DNA of 55,572 nucleotides from an uncultured Muribaculaceae bacterium (GTDB lineage Bacteria; Bacteroidota; Bacteroidia; Bacteroidales; Muribaculaceae): NCBI GenBank assembly GCA_945931475.1, contig CAMEPD010000004.1, positions 1 to 55,572 of the forward strand, read 5' to 3'. Shown piece by piece: positions 37,559 to 46,894 of this stretch (position 1 is its first letter; each line of letters starts with the position of its first letter). The notes under the pieces were generated by a model. It saw only the letters and a program-made list of their open reading frames with translations, ran no database searches and was not told where the DNA came from. The position numbers and the translations under genes were made by a program.

Positions 37559-40486
37559 ATGGCGAGAACCAAAATAAGCAAAGTAGCTAAAGACCTCAAC
37601 ATCAGCCTTCAGACTGCCGTTGAGTTCCTGCAAAAAAAAGACATTACAGTCGACGACAACCCCAATACGCGTATTGAGGATGACGTCGTCGACATTCTCG
37701 TGAAGGAATTCAAATCCGACAAAGACCTCAAAAGCAAATCCGAAAAGTTCTCGTCTGACAGGCAGCAGAAACGCGAGAAAGAACGCCCTGCCAAGCCCGA
37801 ACAACCCGAAGAGATTAAACTTCCTTCCGAAATCAATAAACCCAAGATCCTCGGCAAAATCGAGCTCGACGCCAAGGGAAACCCCGTGGCGCCTAAGCCC
37901 GAACCTGAGTCAAAGCCCGCTACGGCCGCCGCTCCAAAGCCCGAACCGGTGAAAGCCGCCGAAGCTCCCAAGCCCGAGGCACCCAAGGCTGAGGCTCCGA
38001 AGGTCGAGGCACCCGCGCCGGTAACAGCTCCGGCAGTTGAAAAACCCGCCGAGAAGCCAGCGGCCGAAGCTGCGGCCAAACCCGCCCAGACCTCCAAGGC
38101 CCCTGAAAAGCAGGCTCCAAAATCCGAAGCGAAAGCCCCGGCCAAGGCCGCCACTCCGGCCAAGCCCAAGGCTGAACCCGCTGCCGGACAGCCCAAGGCC
38201 GAGGCCCCGGCAGAGCCTAAAGAAACCGAAATATTCTCACTCGGCCTCCCCAAAACCCGCCCGGCAATCAACGTCATCGGCAAAATCGACCTGTCGGCCA
38301 TCAACCAGACCACCCGCCCCAAAAAGAAAACCAAAGAGGAGCGCCGCAACGAGCGCATTGCCAAAGCTCGCGAAAACGCCCAGAATAACGGTCAGGGTGG
38401 CGGCGAAGGCCGGCAAAAGCGTAAGCGCATCGGCTCGAAGGAGAAGGTCGACATCGAAAAGGCCGGACAGCAGGCCGGGCAGCAGGGCAAAGGTGACCGC
38501 AACCGCCGAGGCGGCAACAACGGCGGCAACGGCGAAGGCCGTGGCCGCGGTCGCAACCGCTCGCAGGCTCTCCGCACTCCCGAAGTCAACGAGGAGGACG
38601 TACAGAAGCAGGTTAAGGAGGTACTTGCCCGCCTCACCGCCAAGGACAAGGGCCAGAAGAAGGGCATCAAGTGGCGCAAGGAGAAACGCGAGGCTGTAGC
38701 CGAGCGCGAAGCCGCCGCTGCCGCCGCTCAGGCCGCAGAGTCCAAGATTCTGAAACTCACCGAGTTCGTTACCGCAAACGACCTCGCCACCCTCATGGAT
38801 GTGCCTATCAACAAGGTTATCGGCACCTGCATGAACCTCGGCGTGATGGTATCCATCAACCAGCGCCTCGACGCCGACACCATCAACCTTGTGGCCGACG
38901 AGTTCGGCTTCAAGACCGAATTCGTGTCAGCCGAGGTTGTCGAAGCCATCCAGCAGGAGGAGGACAAGGAGGAAGACCTTGTGCCGCGTCCGCCCATTGT
39001 CACTGTCATGGGTCACGTCGACCACGGTAAAACCTCGCTCCTCGACTATATCCGCAAAGCCAACGTTATCGCCGGCGAGGCCGGTGGCATCACCCAGCAT
39101 ATCGGAGCTTACCATGTCACCCTCTCCGACGGTCGCCATATCACCTTCCTCGACACCCCGGGCCACGAGGCCTTCACCGCCATGCGTGCCCGCGGTGCCA
39201 AGGTCACCGACCTCTGTATTATCATCGTGGCCGCCGACGACGATGTGATGCCACAGACCGTCGAGGCCATCAACCACGCCTCGGCTGCCGGTGTTCCTAT
39301 CGTCTTTGCTATCAACAAGATAGATAAGCCCCACGCCAACCCCGACAAAATCAAGGAGGAACTGGCAGGCATGAACTACCTCGTCGAGGAATGGGGCGGC
39401 AAATACCAGAGCCAGGACATCTCGGCCAAGAAGGGTATGGGCGTTGAGGAACTCCTCGACAAGGTGCTCCTCGAAGCCGAAATGCTCGAACTCAAGGCCA
39501 ATCCCAACCGCGCCGCCACCGGTTCGATTATCGAATCGTCGCTCGACAAGGGCCGCGGTTACGTCGCTACTGTACTCGTGCAGAACGGTACGCTCCGTCA
39601 GGGCGACATCATCCTGGCCGGTACGCATTACGGCAAAATCAAGGCGATGTTCAACGAGCGCAACCAGCGTATCAAGGAGGCCGGACCGGCCGAACCCGCG
39701 CTGATTCTCGGTCTGGACGGCGCCCCCACCGCCGGCGACGCTTTCACCGTGCTCGAAACCGAGCAGGAGGCCCGCGAAATTGCCAACAAGCGCCAGCAGC
39801 TGCAGCGCGAGCTCGGCATCCGCACCACCAAGCGACTCACCCTCGACGACATCGCACACCGTGGCGACACCTTCCGCGAACTCAATATCATCGTCAAGGG
39901 CGACGTCGACGGCTCCATCGAGGCGCTTTCAGACTCACTCATCAAGCTGTCGACCCCCGAAGTGCAGGTCAACGTGCTCCACAAGGCTGTCGGCGAAATC
40001 TCCGAATCCGATGTCACCCTGGCTGCCGCCTCCGATGCCATCATCATCGGTTTCCAGGTGCGTCCCTCGCAGGCCGCACGGCGCGAAGCCGAGAAGGACG
40101 GCGTGGAAATTCGCCTTTACTCGGTTATCTATCAGGCTATTGAGGAGGTCAAGGACGCCATGGCCGGTATGCTCGCTCCCGAAGTCAAGGAGGAGATTAC
40201 CGGTACGGCCGAAGTGCTCGAGACCTACAAGATTTCGAAGGTCGGAACCATCGCCGGCGCACTCGTGCGCGAAGGCAAAATCAAGCGAACCTGCAAGGTG
40301 CGCCTCATCCGCGACGGTATCGTGCGCTACACCGGCGAGCTCGGTTCGCTCAAGCGCTTCAAGGACGACGCCAAGGAGGTTGTCGCCGGCCTCGAGTGCG
40401 GTCTGTCGATTGCCGGATACAACGATATCCAGGTCGGCGACCTTATCGAAGGCTTCGAAGAAGTCGAAGTCGCCCGCGAGCTCTGA
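37559..40486 (+). CDS. infB: translation initiation factor IF-2
   Basis: G-domain motifs [24 protein letters not shown]; long Lys/Ala/Pro-rich N-terminal region; 975 aa. Confidence 0.95.
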   Translation: MARTKISKVAKDLNISLQTAVEFLQKKDITVDDNPNTRIEDDVVDILVKEFKSDKDLKSKSEKFSSDRQQKREKERPAKPEQPEEIKLPSEINKPKILGKIELDAKGNPVAPKPEPESKPATAAAPKPEPVKAAEAPKPEAPKAEAPKVEAPAPVTAPAVEKPAEKPAAEAAAKPAQTSKAPEKQAPKSEAKAPAKAATPAKPKAEPAAGQPKAEAPAEPKETEIFSLGLPKTRPAINVIGKIDLSAINQTTRPKKKTKEERRNERIAKARENAQNNGQGGGEGRQKRKRIGSKEKVDIEKAGQQAGQQGKGDRNRRGGNNGGNGEGRGRGRNRSQALRTPEVNEEDVQKQVKEVLARLTAKDKGQKKGIKWRKEKREAVAEREAAAAAAQAAESKILKLTEFVTANDLATLMDVPINKVIGTCMNLGVMVSINQRLDADTINLVADEFGFKTEFVSAEVVEAIQQEEDKEEDLVPRPPIVTVMGHVDHGKTSLLDYIRKANVIAGEAGGITQHIGAYHVTLSDGRHITFLDTPGHEAFTAMRARGAKVTDLCIIIVAADDDVMPQTVEAINHASAAGVPIVFAINKIDKPHANPDKIKEELAGMNYLVEEWGGKYQSQDISAKKGMGVEELLDKVLLEAEMLELKANPNRAATGSIIESSLDKGRGYVATVLVQNGTLRQGDIILAGTHYGKIKAMFNERNQRIKEAGPAEPALILGLDGAPTAGDAFTVLETEQEAREIANKRQQLQRELGIRTTKRLTLDDIAHRGDTFRELNIIVKGDVDGSIEALSDSLIKLSTPEVQVNVLHKAVGEISESDVTLAAASDAIIIGFQVRPSQAARREAEKDGVEIRLYSVIYQAIEEVKDAMAGMLAPEVKEEITGTAEVLETYKISKVGTIAGALVREGKIKRTCKVRLIRDGIVRYTGELGSLKRFKDDAKEVVAGLECGLSIAGYNDIQVGDLIEGFEEVEVAREL

Positions 40487-40534
40487 TGCCCTCATCCCCG
40501 CTCCCGTAACGAATTTTTCATTCCCTATACAACG

Positions 40535-40563
40535 CGCCGGCAGCCTCTGTCGGCGTTTTTTTT
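40535..40563 (+). terminator. rho-independent terminator of infB (CGCCGGCAG-cct-CTGTCGGCG + T8)
   Basis: 9-bp stem (one mismatch) followed by eight T residues ~50 bp after the infB stop. Confidence 0.65.
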
Positions 40564-40695
40564 GCCATTTATGACGGGGCTCCCTGAAGGTCGCCGACAA
40601 AAACAAAAATTTTACCTGCTTGTGGCTATTGTATGCCCATTCTACCTTGGTGAGGCTTTAGCGGTCCCACTTTCGGGGTGGAAAAGGGCAAAAAT

Positions 40696-40725
40696 AAAGG
40701 CGAGGCTCCGGGGAGCTTCGCCTTT
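40696..40725 (-). terminator. hairpin terminator ending the minus-strand six-gene operon
   Basis: 14-bp stem (one G/A mismatch) AAAGGCGAGGCTCC/GGAGCTTCGCCTTT; on the minus strand it is followed by TTATTTTTG; 19 bp 3' of the ORF at 40744. Confidence 0.5.
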
Positions 40726-40743
40726 AAGGGTTATGAGGCCGGA

Positions 40744-41718
40744 TTAGCGGGCCATGTCGGCCAGGGTGAAGGTGGCGTCCATGGTGCGCGGTTCCTTGCG
40801 GCCGTTCATCAGGTCGAAGAAGAAGTTCGAGATGGTCTTGCCGTCGAGAACCACGGGGTTACCCTTGGCGTCGTTACCGAGTTCGTAGGTTTTGAGCAGC
40901 TGCGGACCGAGGGCGGCGGCTGTCAGCAGGAAATGGTTCTGGAAACGGTCGGTGTCGAGCATATCGGCGGCGAGCACTTTGCCCACTACGGTGAACGAGC
41001 GGAGCGGTTTCTGGATTTCGCCCTCCACGAGGTTTGATTTCACTTCGTCGGTTTCGAGGTTCATGGGGATTCGGCCCGACATGGGGTCCTCGGCGACACC
41101 GCGGAAGAGTGCGCCCAGGTCGGCGAGCGAGAGGTTGAACAGGCGTGTCGATGCCGTGGTCTCGGGCGCTTCGATGGTGAAGGCGCTGGGGAGGAGCAGC
41201 TGCACGGTGCCGTCGAGTTTGACGCGCGGGGTGTTGAAGGTGCCGACAATCGAGTTGGAGATTACGGCCTCCTGGGTGGCGAACACGCCGCCGATGACTA
41301 CGCAGTTCTCGAGGGTCACCTCGTCGGCGTAGATTGAGCCTGCCACGAAAGCATTGCGCAGGGCCACGCTCTTGGCGTTGATGTCAGCACCGAAGAAGGG
41401 TTTGGCTTCGGGAGCGCGCGATACAATCGAACCGGCCGAGCCGACAGTCTTCTTGAAGGTGATGTCGCCCTTGGTCGAGGTGTTGATGTACAGCTCTTTC
41501 TGGGCGAAGGCTGCTCCGTTGATTTCAACGTCGCCGCCGCGGAATTCGATGCGTGTGCCGAAGATGGCGCCCTCCACTACGACATTACCGTCGAAGATGA
41601 GGTTGCGGGTGATCTCGGCTATTTTCTGCGGGAGGATTGAGCCGCGCACCAGGTTATCCTTAAGGATTTGGTCGGTGGCGTCGAAACGTACCTCCTTGAG
41701 TTCTTTTCTGTTGTTCAT
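40744..41718 (-). CDS. beta-helical repeat protein (bactofilin-like or Toastrack/DUF4097-like), last gene of the operon
   Basis: ~17-18-residue periodic pattern of alternating hydrophobic/Gly residues across residues ~40-170 (GNVVVEGAIFGTRIEFRGGDVEINGAAFAQ...CVVIGGVFATQEAVISNSIVG); no TM segment. Confidence 0.55.
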   Translation of the reverse strand: MNNRKELKEVRFDATDQILKDNLVRGSILPQKIAEITRNLIFDGNVVVEGAIFGTRIEFRGGDVEINGAAFAQKELYINTSTKGDITFKKTVGSAGSIVSRAPEAKPFFGADINAKSVALRNAFVAGSIYADEVTLENCVVIGGVFATQEAVISNSIVGTFNTPRVKLDGTVQLLLPSAFTIEAPETTASTRLFNLSLADLGALFRGVAEDPMSGRIPMNLETDEVKSNLVEGEIQKPLRSFTVVGKVLAADMLDTDRFQNHFLLTAAALGPQLLKTYELGNDAKGNPVVLDGKTISNFFFDLMNGRKEPRTMDATFTLADMAR

Positions 41719-41740
41719 TTTTTTTGGAAAATTGTGAAGG

Positions 41741-42775
41741 TTATTTGCCTGGTGCGGCGGTGTTTGATAGGTTGAAAAGGCGTCCGGTAAGCTCGGCTAC
41801 GCGGCGGTCGTGGTCGGTCTGGGCGGCAGAGCTGAGGCCGGCCACTTCGCTTTTGTAGTACTCGGATATGCGCTCCTGCGAGTCGTCAGCGACGGGAGTG
41901 TCCCACTTGCGGCTCTCCATGCGGTTGCAGAGCTCCTGCTGGTTGTAGTGCTGGAGCATGGGCGAGGAGTAAATCTGAGTGTTGCGCACGCCGCCGGTGT
42001 CGGTGGTTTCCATCACCATGAAAGGTGTGGCGAAGCGTGTTGATTCGCCGCCGTCGCGCAGACAGGCGTCGAGCAGGACGTCGGTGCGGTACTGTTCGGC
42101 CAGGAAACGCTCCGACGAGCGCAGGGCGTTTGCGGCGTCTTTCTTGGCGAGCGAAGCCGAAATCATGGAACGCACGCGGGCGTTTTCGCCGGCTGTGACA
42201 GAGGCTGTGGCCACCATGGAGTCGCCGGTCTGGCGGTCGGCCAGTTCGGAGGTCTTTCGCTGGAACTTGAATATGGGTTCGTCGATGGCGTGGATTCGGT
42301 TTTCGAGTTCCCGGTTGAGGTCATTGAACAGTTTGCCGTATCGCGAACAGATGCGCTGGTAGTCGTTTCCCATCTGGCGGCGCTTGTCGTTGCAGCGCTT
42401 GGCCAGTTCGTGGAGCTGCACAAGCAGGGCGTCGGTCTTGGTCTTCAGCTCGGTAATCTGCTGTGAGATGTCTGACTTGACGGTCTTGAAGAATCCGGCG
42501 ATGATGGTGTCGCCGACCTGCTTGCTGGTGTCGTAAATCGACTTGACGTGAGCGGCTTTGGTAGCTACCACCGAGCCGGTGACAAGGTCTACCGATTCCT
42601 TCATGTCCTTGATACTCTCCTCGAAGGGGTCGGTATCGACTTCGACGATGAACTCAACGTCCTCGTAAACGTGGCCACTGTAACTCTTGAAGCCTCCGGT
42701 TTCAGAGGCCGGATATGACACCGAGCCCGAATACTCCACGCAAATGGTTCTTGTAAACTTACGTTTGTAACTCAT
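41741..42775 (-). CDS. hypothetical coiled-coil protein, paralog A
   Basis: Collinear similarity to the next gene (DYQRICSRYGKLFNDLNRELENRIHAIDEPIFKF vs DYHMISARYGKIFGSLNRALRQRVTELDRPILDF; shared C-terminal GxxQTQI(F/Y)). Long helical heptad-like central region. Confidence 0.6.
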   Translation of the reverse strand: MSYKRKFTRTICVEYSGSVSYPASETGGFKSYSGHVYEDVEFIVEVDTDPFEESIKDMKESVDLVTGSVVATKAAHVKSIYDTSKQVGDTIIAGFFKTVKSDISQQITELKTKTDALLVQLHELAKRCNDKRRQMGNDYQRICSRYGKLFNDLNRELENRIHAIDEPIFKFQRKTSELADRQTGDSMVATASVTAGENARVRSMISASLAKKDAANALRSSERFLAEQYRTDVLLDACLRDGGESTRFATPFMVMETTDTGGVRNTQIYSSPMLQHYNQQELCNRMESRKWDTPVADDSQERISEYYKSEVAGLSSAAQTDHDRRVAELTGRLFNLSNTAAPGK

Positions 42776-42787
42776 AAGTGTGAAGTA

Positions 42788-43708
42788 TTAAAAGGATTGA
42801 TATGAATTGCTCTCGAACATGCGGAGCATGGTGTCGCGCACGCGCTGCGGAATGGCCGGGTCGTTGGCTACATACTGGCGGAAGCAGTTGGTCACTTCGG
42901 GGTCGGCCTGTGTCTCTTTCCACTGGAGAGAGCCTTCGCGCAGGTCGGAGCTTACGGCATTCTCGATGCGGTTGCGGGATTCACCGGCGCTGATTCCGGA
43001 GACGAAAATCTGGGTCTGCGTGTTGCCCGAGGCGTCGTAGTTGCTTTCGGCTACGGCTACGGGGATATACATCGGGGCTGTGGCCCGGTTCATATTGCGG
43101 CGCAGCAGAATGCGGTCGGTCATGTCCTGGAGGTGGTTTGAGGCAGCCACGAAGCGTTCCATCGAGCTGACGGCGCGGGCGGCGCTCTGCTTGAGGTGTG
43201 CGCTCTTGACCATCTGCGAGGCCTTGACGCTCTCGGCCTGACCTACGGGCACGGCCGACACGAGGTTGCTCGTGCGGTTGGTTACCTTGTCGGCTTCGGT
43301 TACGGCGAAGTCGAGGATGGGTCGGTCGAGTTCGGTGACTCTCTGGCGCAGGGCGCGGTTGAGCGAGCCGAAGATTTTGCCGTAGCGGGCCGAAATCATG
43401 TGGTAGTCGCGCTCCATACGCATACGGATGGCGGTGAGCATCTTGCGCTGCTGGTTGAGGCGCATGAGCTGTGCGTCGACGCGGCTCTGCAGAGCTGCCA
43501 TCTTCTGCGAGATGGAGGAGTGTATCATGGCGTAGAAACCCTGGTTGACTTTCTTGCAAACATGATTTGCACCATCCACCTGAGCTTTCACCACAGCCGT
43601 CTGCATGGCCACCACCGCGGTGGTTGTGCCATCGACATGCTTGCTGACTCCGTCAACGGAGTGGGCCATAGGCAGAGTGTCGACTACGCAGTCAAATGTA
43701 TGTGACAT
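42788..43708 (-). CDS. hypothetical coiled-coil protein, paralog B
   Basis: See paralog A; 306 aa; 13-bp gap to paralog A. Confidence 0.6.
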   Translation of the reverse strand: MSHTFDCVVDTLPMAHSVDGVSKHVDGTTTAVVAMQTAVVKAQVDGANHVCKKVNQGFYAMIHSSISQKMAALQSRVDAQLMRLNQQRKMLTAIRMRMERDYHMISARYGKIFGSLNRALRQRVTELDRPILDFAVTEADKVTNRTSNLVSAVPVGQAESVKASQMVKSAHLKQSAARAVSSMERFVAASNHLQDMTDRILLRRNMNRATAPMYIPVAVAESNYDASGNTQTQIFVSGISAGESRNRIENAVSSDLREGSLQWKETQADPEVTNCFRQYVANDPAIPQRVRDTMLRMFESNSYQSF

Positions 43709-43742
43709 AAAAATTCAGTTTAAGATTAGGTGAATGATTTGA

Positions 43743-46109
43743 TTAAGCCTGGGGAGGGTTCTGCGAGGGCTGCATGTTCAGTACGACGCCGGCGTTGGCC
43801 AGGTGCTGGCCGATACTGTTGAGGTCGTCGTACGAGAGGTTCGAGGCGGCGATAACGGGAGTCGATTCGAAATACTGCTGAGCCGATGCGGCATCAAGGC
43901 CCGAGACTTCCATCATGGCCTGGAGGGCGGCCTGCGGGTTGGGGCCGACGGCTTCGATGATGAGGTCGTAGCCGTAGGGCGCTTCGGGCTGCTGTGCCTG
44001 AGGCTGTTCGGGCTGTTCGGGTTCCTGGGCGGGCTCGGCGGGAGCTTCTTCGGGCTGAGGTCCGGCGGGGGCCTCTTCCCCGGCGGGGGCTTCAGCTACG
44101 GGCTGCTCGGGCTCGGGTTCAGGTTCAGGCTGTTGAGCAGGTTCAGGTGCGGCTGCGGGTTCGGGCTGCGGAACGTTCATCTCTTCGGTGAATGCAGCTG
44201 CTTCGGGCGCGGGGCTCTCAGGCATGGGCTCGGGCATCGGCATGGGCTGCTGGACGGGGGCTTCGGGCTCGTAAGCGTTGGGGTTGCGGTTGAGGCCTTC
44301 GAGGGCTTCGCGTACCATTGCGGGCAGGTTCATGGCGAAGTCTTCGCGTGCCTTGTCGGAGATGTTGGGTTCGGGGGGCAGCTCGGCGTCCTTGGCGAGT
44401 TTGGGGTTGACTGCTGCCAGCGCGCGGCGACGGTCGTCCATGTCGTGGAGCTCCGATGCGGCTACGGCTACCGAGTTCGAGTAACCGTCGCGCAACTTGG
44501 CGTCGTAGTATTCGACGTGACCGAACTGTGCGGCTTTCAGGTCGATATCCTCTTTGAGGCGTTCGATGTAGTCCTCGAAGTCGTTTTGGCACTTCTGGAA
44601 TTCCTGGCTCTGCATCTCGAAGGCGGCGAGGGTGTCGGCGGTGTTGTCGACGGTCTCCACGATTGTGGCGTCGAGGTTTTCACCGGCGTTCTCCATCTGT
44701 GCTTCGGTGCGCTGCAGGGCGAGCAGGTTGTTGTAAGCGCCTACATATTCGGTGAGGGTCTGCTGCATCAGGTTGATGAGGTCGGCCGATTCGGCGCGGT
44801 TGCTGCGGTAGAAGGCGTCGGTGTCCTGATGCCACTTGTTGAGGTACGAGAGTTTCTGGTCGCGGATGTTGTTGTAGATGTCGAGACGCTTGATGCGGTT
44901 CTCCTGCATGAGGGTCTGTACCATCGGGGCGACAATCTCCTCGTACATCTGGTGCATACCGAAGGGCTGCACGGTCTGCGAGCCGTCTTCGGCTACCCAT
45001 GTGCCGGTGATGAGGTTGAACTTCACGCGCGACGACTGGCGTAGCTGGAAGGGCTCGTAACCCTGAACGTTGTCGCTGTAGTCGAATTTCTCGTGGCGGA
45101 TGCGGTCGATTTCCTCCTCCTCGAGTGTGGGCGAATAGTGATTGTATGGGGCTTTGAGTATCTGATAGAGGAGCTTGTTGGATTCGAGCACTACCTTGTC
45201 GACCGAAGCCACCTTCATGCGGGCGATGGTCTGTACGGAGAAACCGATTGACGACATCAGCGCCTTGAGAACCTCCTCGAATTGGGTCGTCTCGTTCGAC
45301 AGCGACTTCTTCAGCTCGTTGATTGTGCGGAATTTCTCGATGCCCGGTTCATACTGTTTGCTGTCGAATACCTTTACGACGGGAGCGTCGGCGGGAATCT
45401 CCTTGGCGGCGAACTGGTCGAGCTGCGGCAGGTAGGGCGAGTTGTCCATCACCACGGGGAGCGAAACCGATGCGGTCTCCAGGTCGTCCATGCAGAAGGC
45501 TACGGTGCGGAGTGTGCGCTCCAGAGCGCCGAGGTAGTCGTTCTCCTTCACCTCCTGGATTGACAGGGAGTAGTCGTCGGTCTGGATGGTTTCCGATTCC
45601 TCGGAGGTCTCGACCACGGGAGCCTGTTGGGCCAGACCCTCGAGCTGCTGAATCGACTGCACGAGCAGGTCGTTGCGGCGCGACATCGACATGGAGATGT
45701 CTGAGTCGGGCACGGCGCCGGTATAGTCGACGATGAAGCTGCTGTTCTGATATTTAATCTGCTCGGCTACAGGCACGTAGGCTACGCCGAGACGGCTTAC
45801 GCGGTAGTCGCGGAAAATCTCCCGGTGCATCTTCTGGAATTCGGCGATGCGCTCGTTGAGCGAGGCAATCTCCTTCTCGAGGGCGCTCTTCTTGATGAAA
45901 TAGGGGATGATGAAGCAGAACAGCCACACCCACACCTTCGAGAGTTTCTCCTCTTTCTGGGCTTTCTCCTCCTGGAGCGAAGCGATGCTGTGTTCGATTC
46001 GTTCTTCTTCCTGAACTACACGCTCGGCAGCTTGCCGGTAATAGTTGAAAAGAACTTTTGCTTGATCCTGCCAGATATTGGCCGAATCAGGAAATATTTT
46101 TCCTTCCAT
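43743..46109 (-). CDS. large membrane-anchored coiled-coil protein with Pro/Glu/Ala-rich hinge and C-terminal ribosomal L7/L12 C-terminal-domain-like fold
   Basis: One hydrophobic segment (KVWVWLFCFIIPYFI) near the N-terminus; ~100-aa PEPAxx low-complexity linker. The final ~67 aa align without gaps to bacterial L7/L12 CTD (shared D.I..A.G.N..A...A....GL..A.....ES.P......S.DD.......L..AG). Confidence 0.65.
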   Translation of the reverse strand: MEGKIFPDSANIWQDQAKVLFNYYRQAAERVVQEEERIEHSIASLQEEKAQKEEKLSKVWVWLFCFIIPYFIKKSALEKEIASLNERIAEFQKMHREIFRDYRVSRLGVAYVPVAEQIKYQNSSFIVDYTGAVPDSDISMSMSRRNDLLVQSIQQLEGLAQQAPVVETSEESETIQTDDYSLSIQEVKENDYLGALERTLRTVAFCMDDLETASVSLPVVMDNSPYLPQLDQFAAKEIPADAPVVKVFDSKQYEPGIEKFRTINELKKSLSNETTQFEEVLKALMSSIGFSVQTIARMKVASVDKVVLESNKLLYQILKAPYNHYSPTLEEEEIDRIRHEKFDYSDNVQGYEPFQLRQSSRVKFNLITGTWVAEDGSQTVQPFGMHQMYEEIVAPMVQTLMQENRIKRLDIYNNIRDQKLSYLNKWHQDTDAFYRSNRAESADLINLMQQTLTEYVGAYNNLLALQRTEAQMENAGENLDATIVETVDNTADTLAAFEMQSQEFQKCQNDFEDYIERLKEDIDLKAAQFGHVEYYDAKLRDGYSNSVAVAASELHDMDDRRRALAAVNPKLAKDAELPPEPNISDKAREDFAMNLPAMVREALEGLNRNPNAYEPEAPVQQPMPMPEPMPESPAPEAAAFTEEMNVPQPEPAAAPEPAQQPEPEPEPEQPVAEAPAGEEAPAGPQPEEAPAEPAQEPEQPEQPQAQQPEAPYGYDLIIEAVGPNPQAALQAMMEVSGLDAASAQQYFESTPVIAASNLSYDDLNSIGQHLANAGVVLNMQPSQNPPQA

Positions 46110-46154
46110 GAATTAGATATTAAGTTAAAGAGTTGAGTTTCAAATGAATGGAGG

Positions 46155-46859
46155 TTATGACATGGATTCGCGACGGCGTCGCATGGTCTGTTCGACGCGG
46201 CTCAGAAGCTGTGTGGCCTGCTGCCCGTAGCTCTGCCACTGCGGGAGCATCTCGCGCAGACGCGAAGCGTCATCGATGATGTACTGCTCGTAGTTGATGG
46301 CTTCGGGGGATGTGGAGGGGGTGAGGTAGCGGCAGCCGTCGGCCAGGGCGCGCAGCCGTCGCTTGATGTCGTCGGGCACGCCGGGGGTGAGGTCGGCGTT
46401 GTCGACTAAGTCGTTGAGCGCGAAGCGCACATCCTTCTTGCCGGCCATGGCGAACTGCTCGCGACGGTATACGTTGCCGGCGGTGCGCGTGGCGGCCGAC
46501 GAGGCGAACAGCGCTATTGCGAAGCCGAACAGCAGCACAAGCTGCGCCATCAGCTGCCATACGAACGGCAGGAAGAACATAGCCACCATTACTATTATGG
46601 CCAGGATGCTGTACCATGTGGTGGAGGTCCAGCGGATGCCCAGGCCGGCGGCCTGCTTGCCCGAGGGGTCGTCGAGACGGATGGGCGCCATGCCTAAGTT
46701 CCAGGCAAACAGCCAGTAGATTAACGACGCTACCACTATGTCGAGTATCATTACTTCGGTCGACTTTACATGGAACATCGGCAGCAGAAGCACGAATGCG
46801 AGGATTATCAGCGCCTGCCCGAAGATGGCTATGGCAAGAGCTACGGGACGTATTCTCAT
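46155..46859 (-). CDS. 4-TM membrane protein with cytoplasmic C-terminal helical domain
   Basis: Four hydrophobic helices in the first ~130 aa, then a charged helical tail; 234 aa. Confidence 0.6.
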   Translation of the reverse strand: MRIRPVALAIAIFGQALIILAFVLLLPMFHVKSTEVMILDIVVASLIYWLFAWNLGMAPIRLDDPSGKQAAGLGIRWTSTTWYSILAIIVMVAMFFLPFVWQLMAQLVLLFGFAIALFASSAATRTAGNVYRREQFAMAGKKDVRFALNDLVDNADLTPGVPDDIKRRLRALADGCRYLTPSTSPEAINYEQYIIDDASRLREMLPQWQSYGQQATQLLSRVEQTMRRRRESMS

Positions 46860-46894
46860 AATATAGTCAGGTTAGTTGGTTGCTGAACAGTGGG

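Noticed and set aside
37609-38364. 251-aa minus-strand ORF opposite the infB N-terminal region
   Set aside because: Ala/Gly/Ser-rich shadow of the Lys/Ala/Pro-rich IF2 N-terminus.
43803-45044. 413-aa plus-strand ORF inside the 788-aa operon gene
   Set aside because: Antisense shadow ORF; it translates the PEPA-repeat DNA into GLG/FRF low-complexity sequence.
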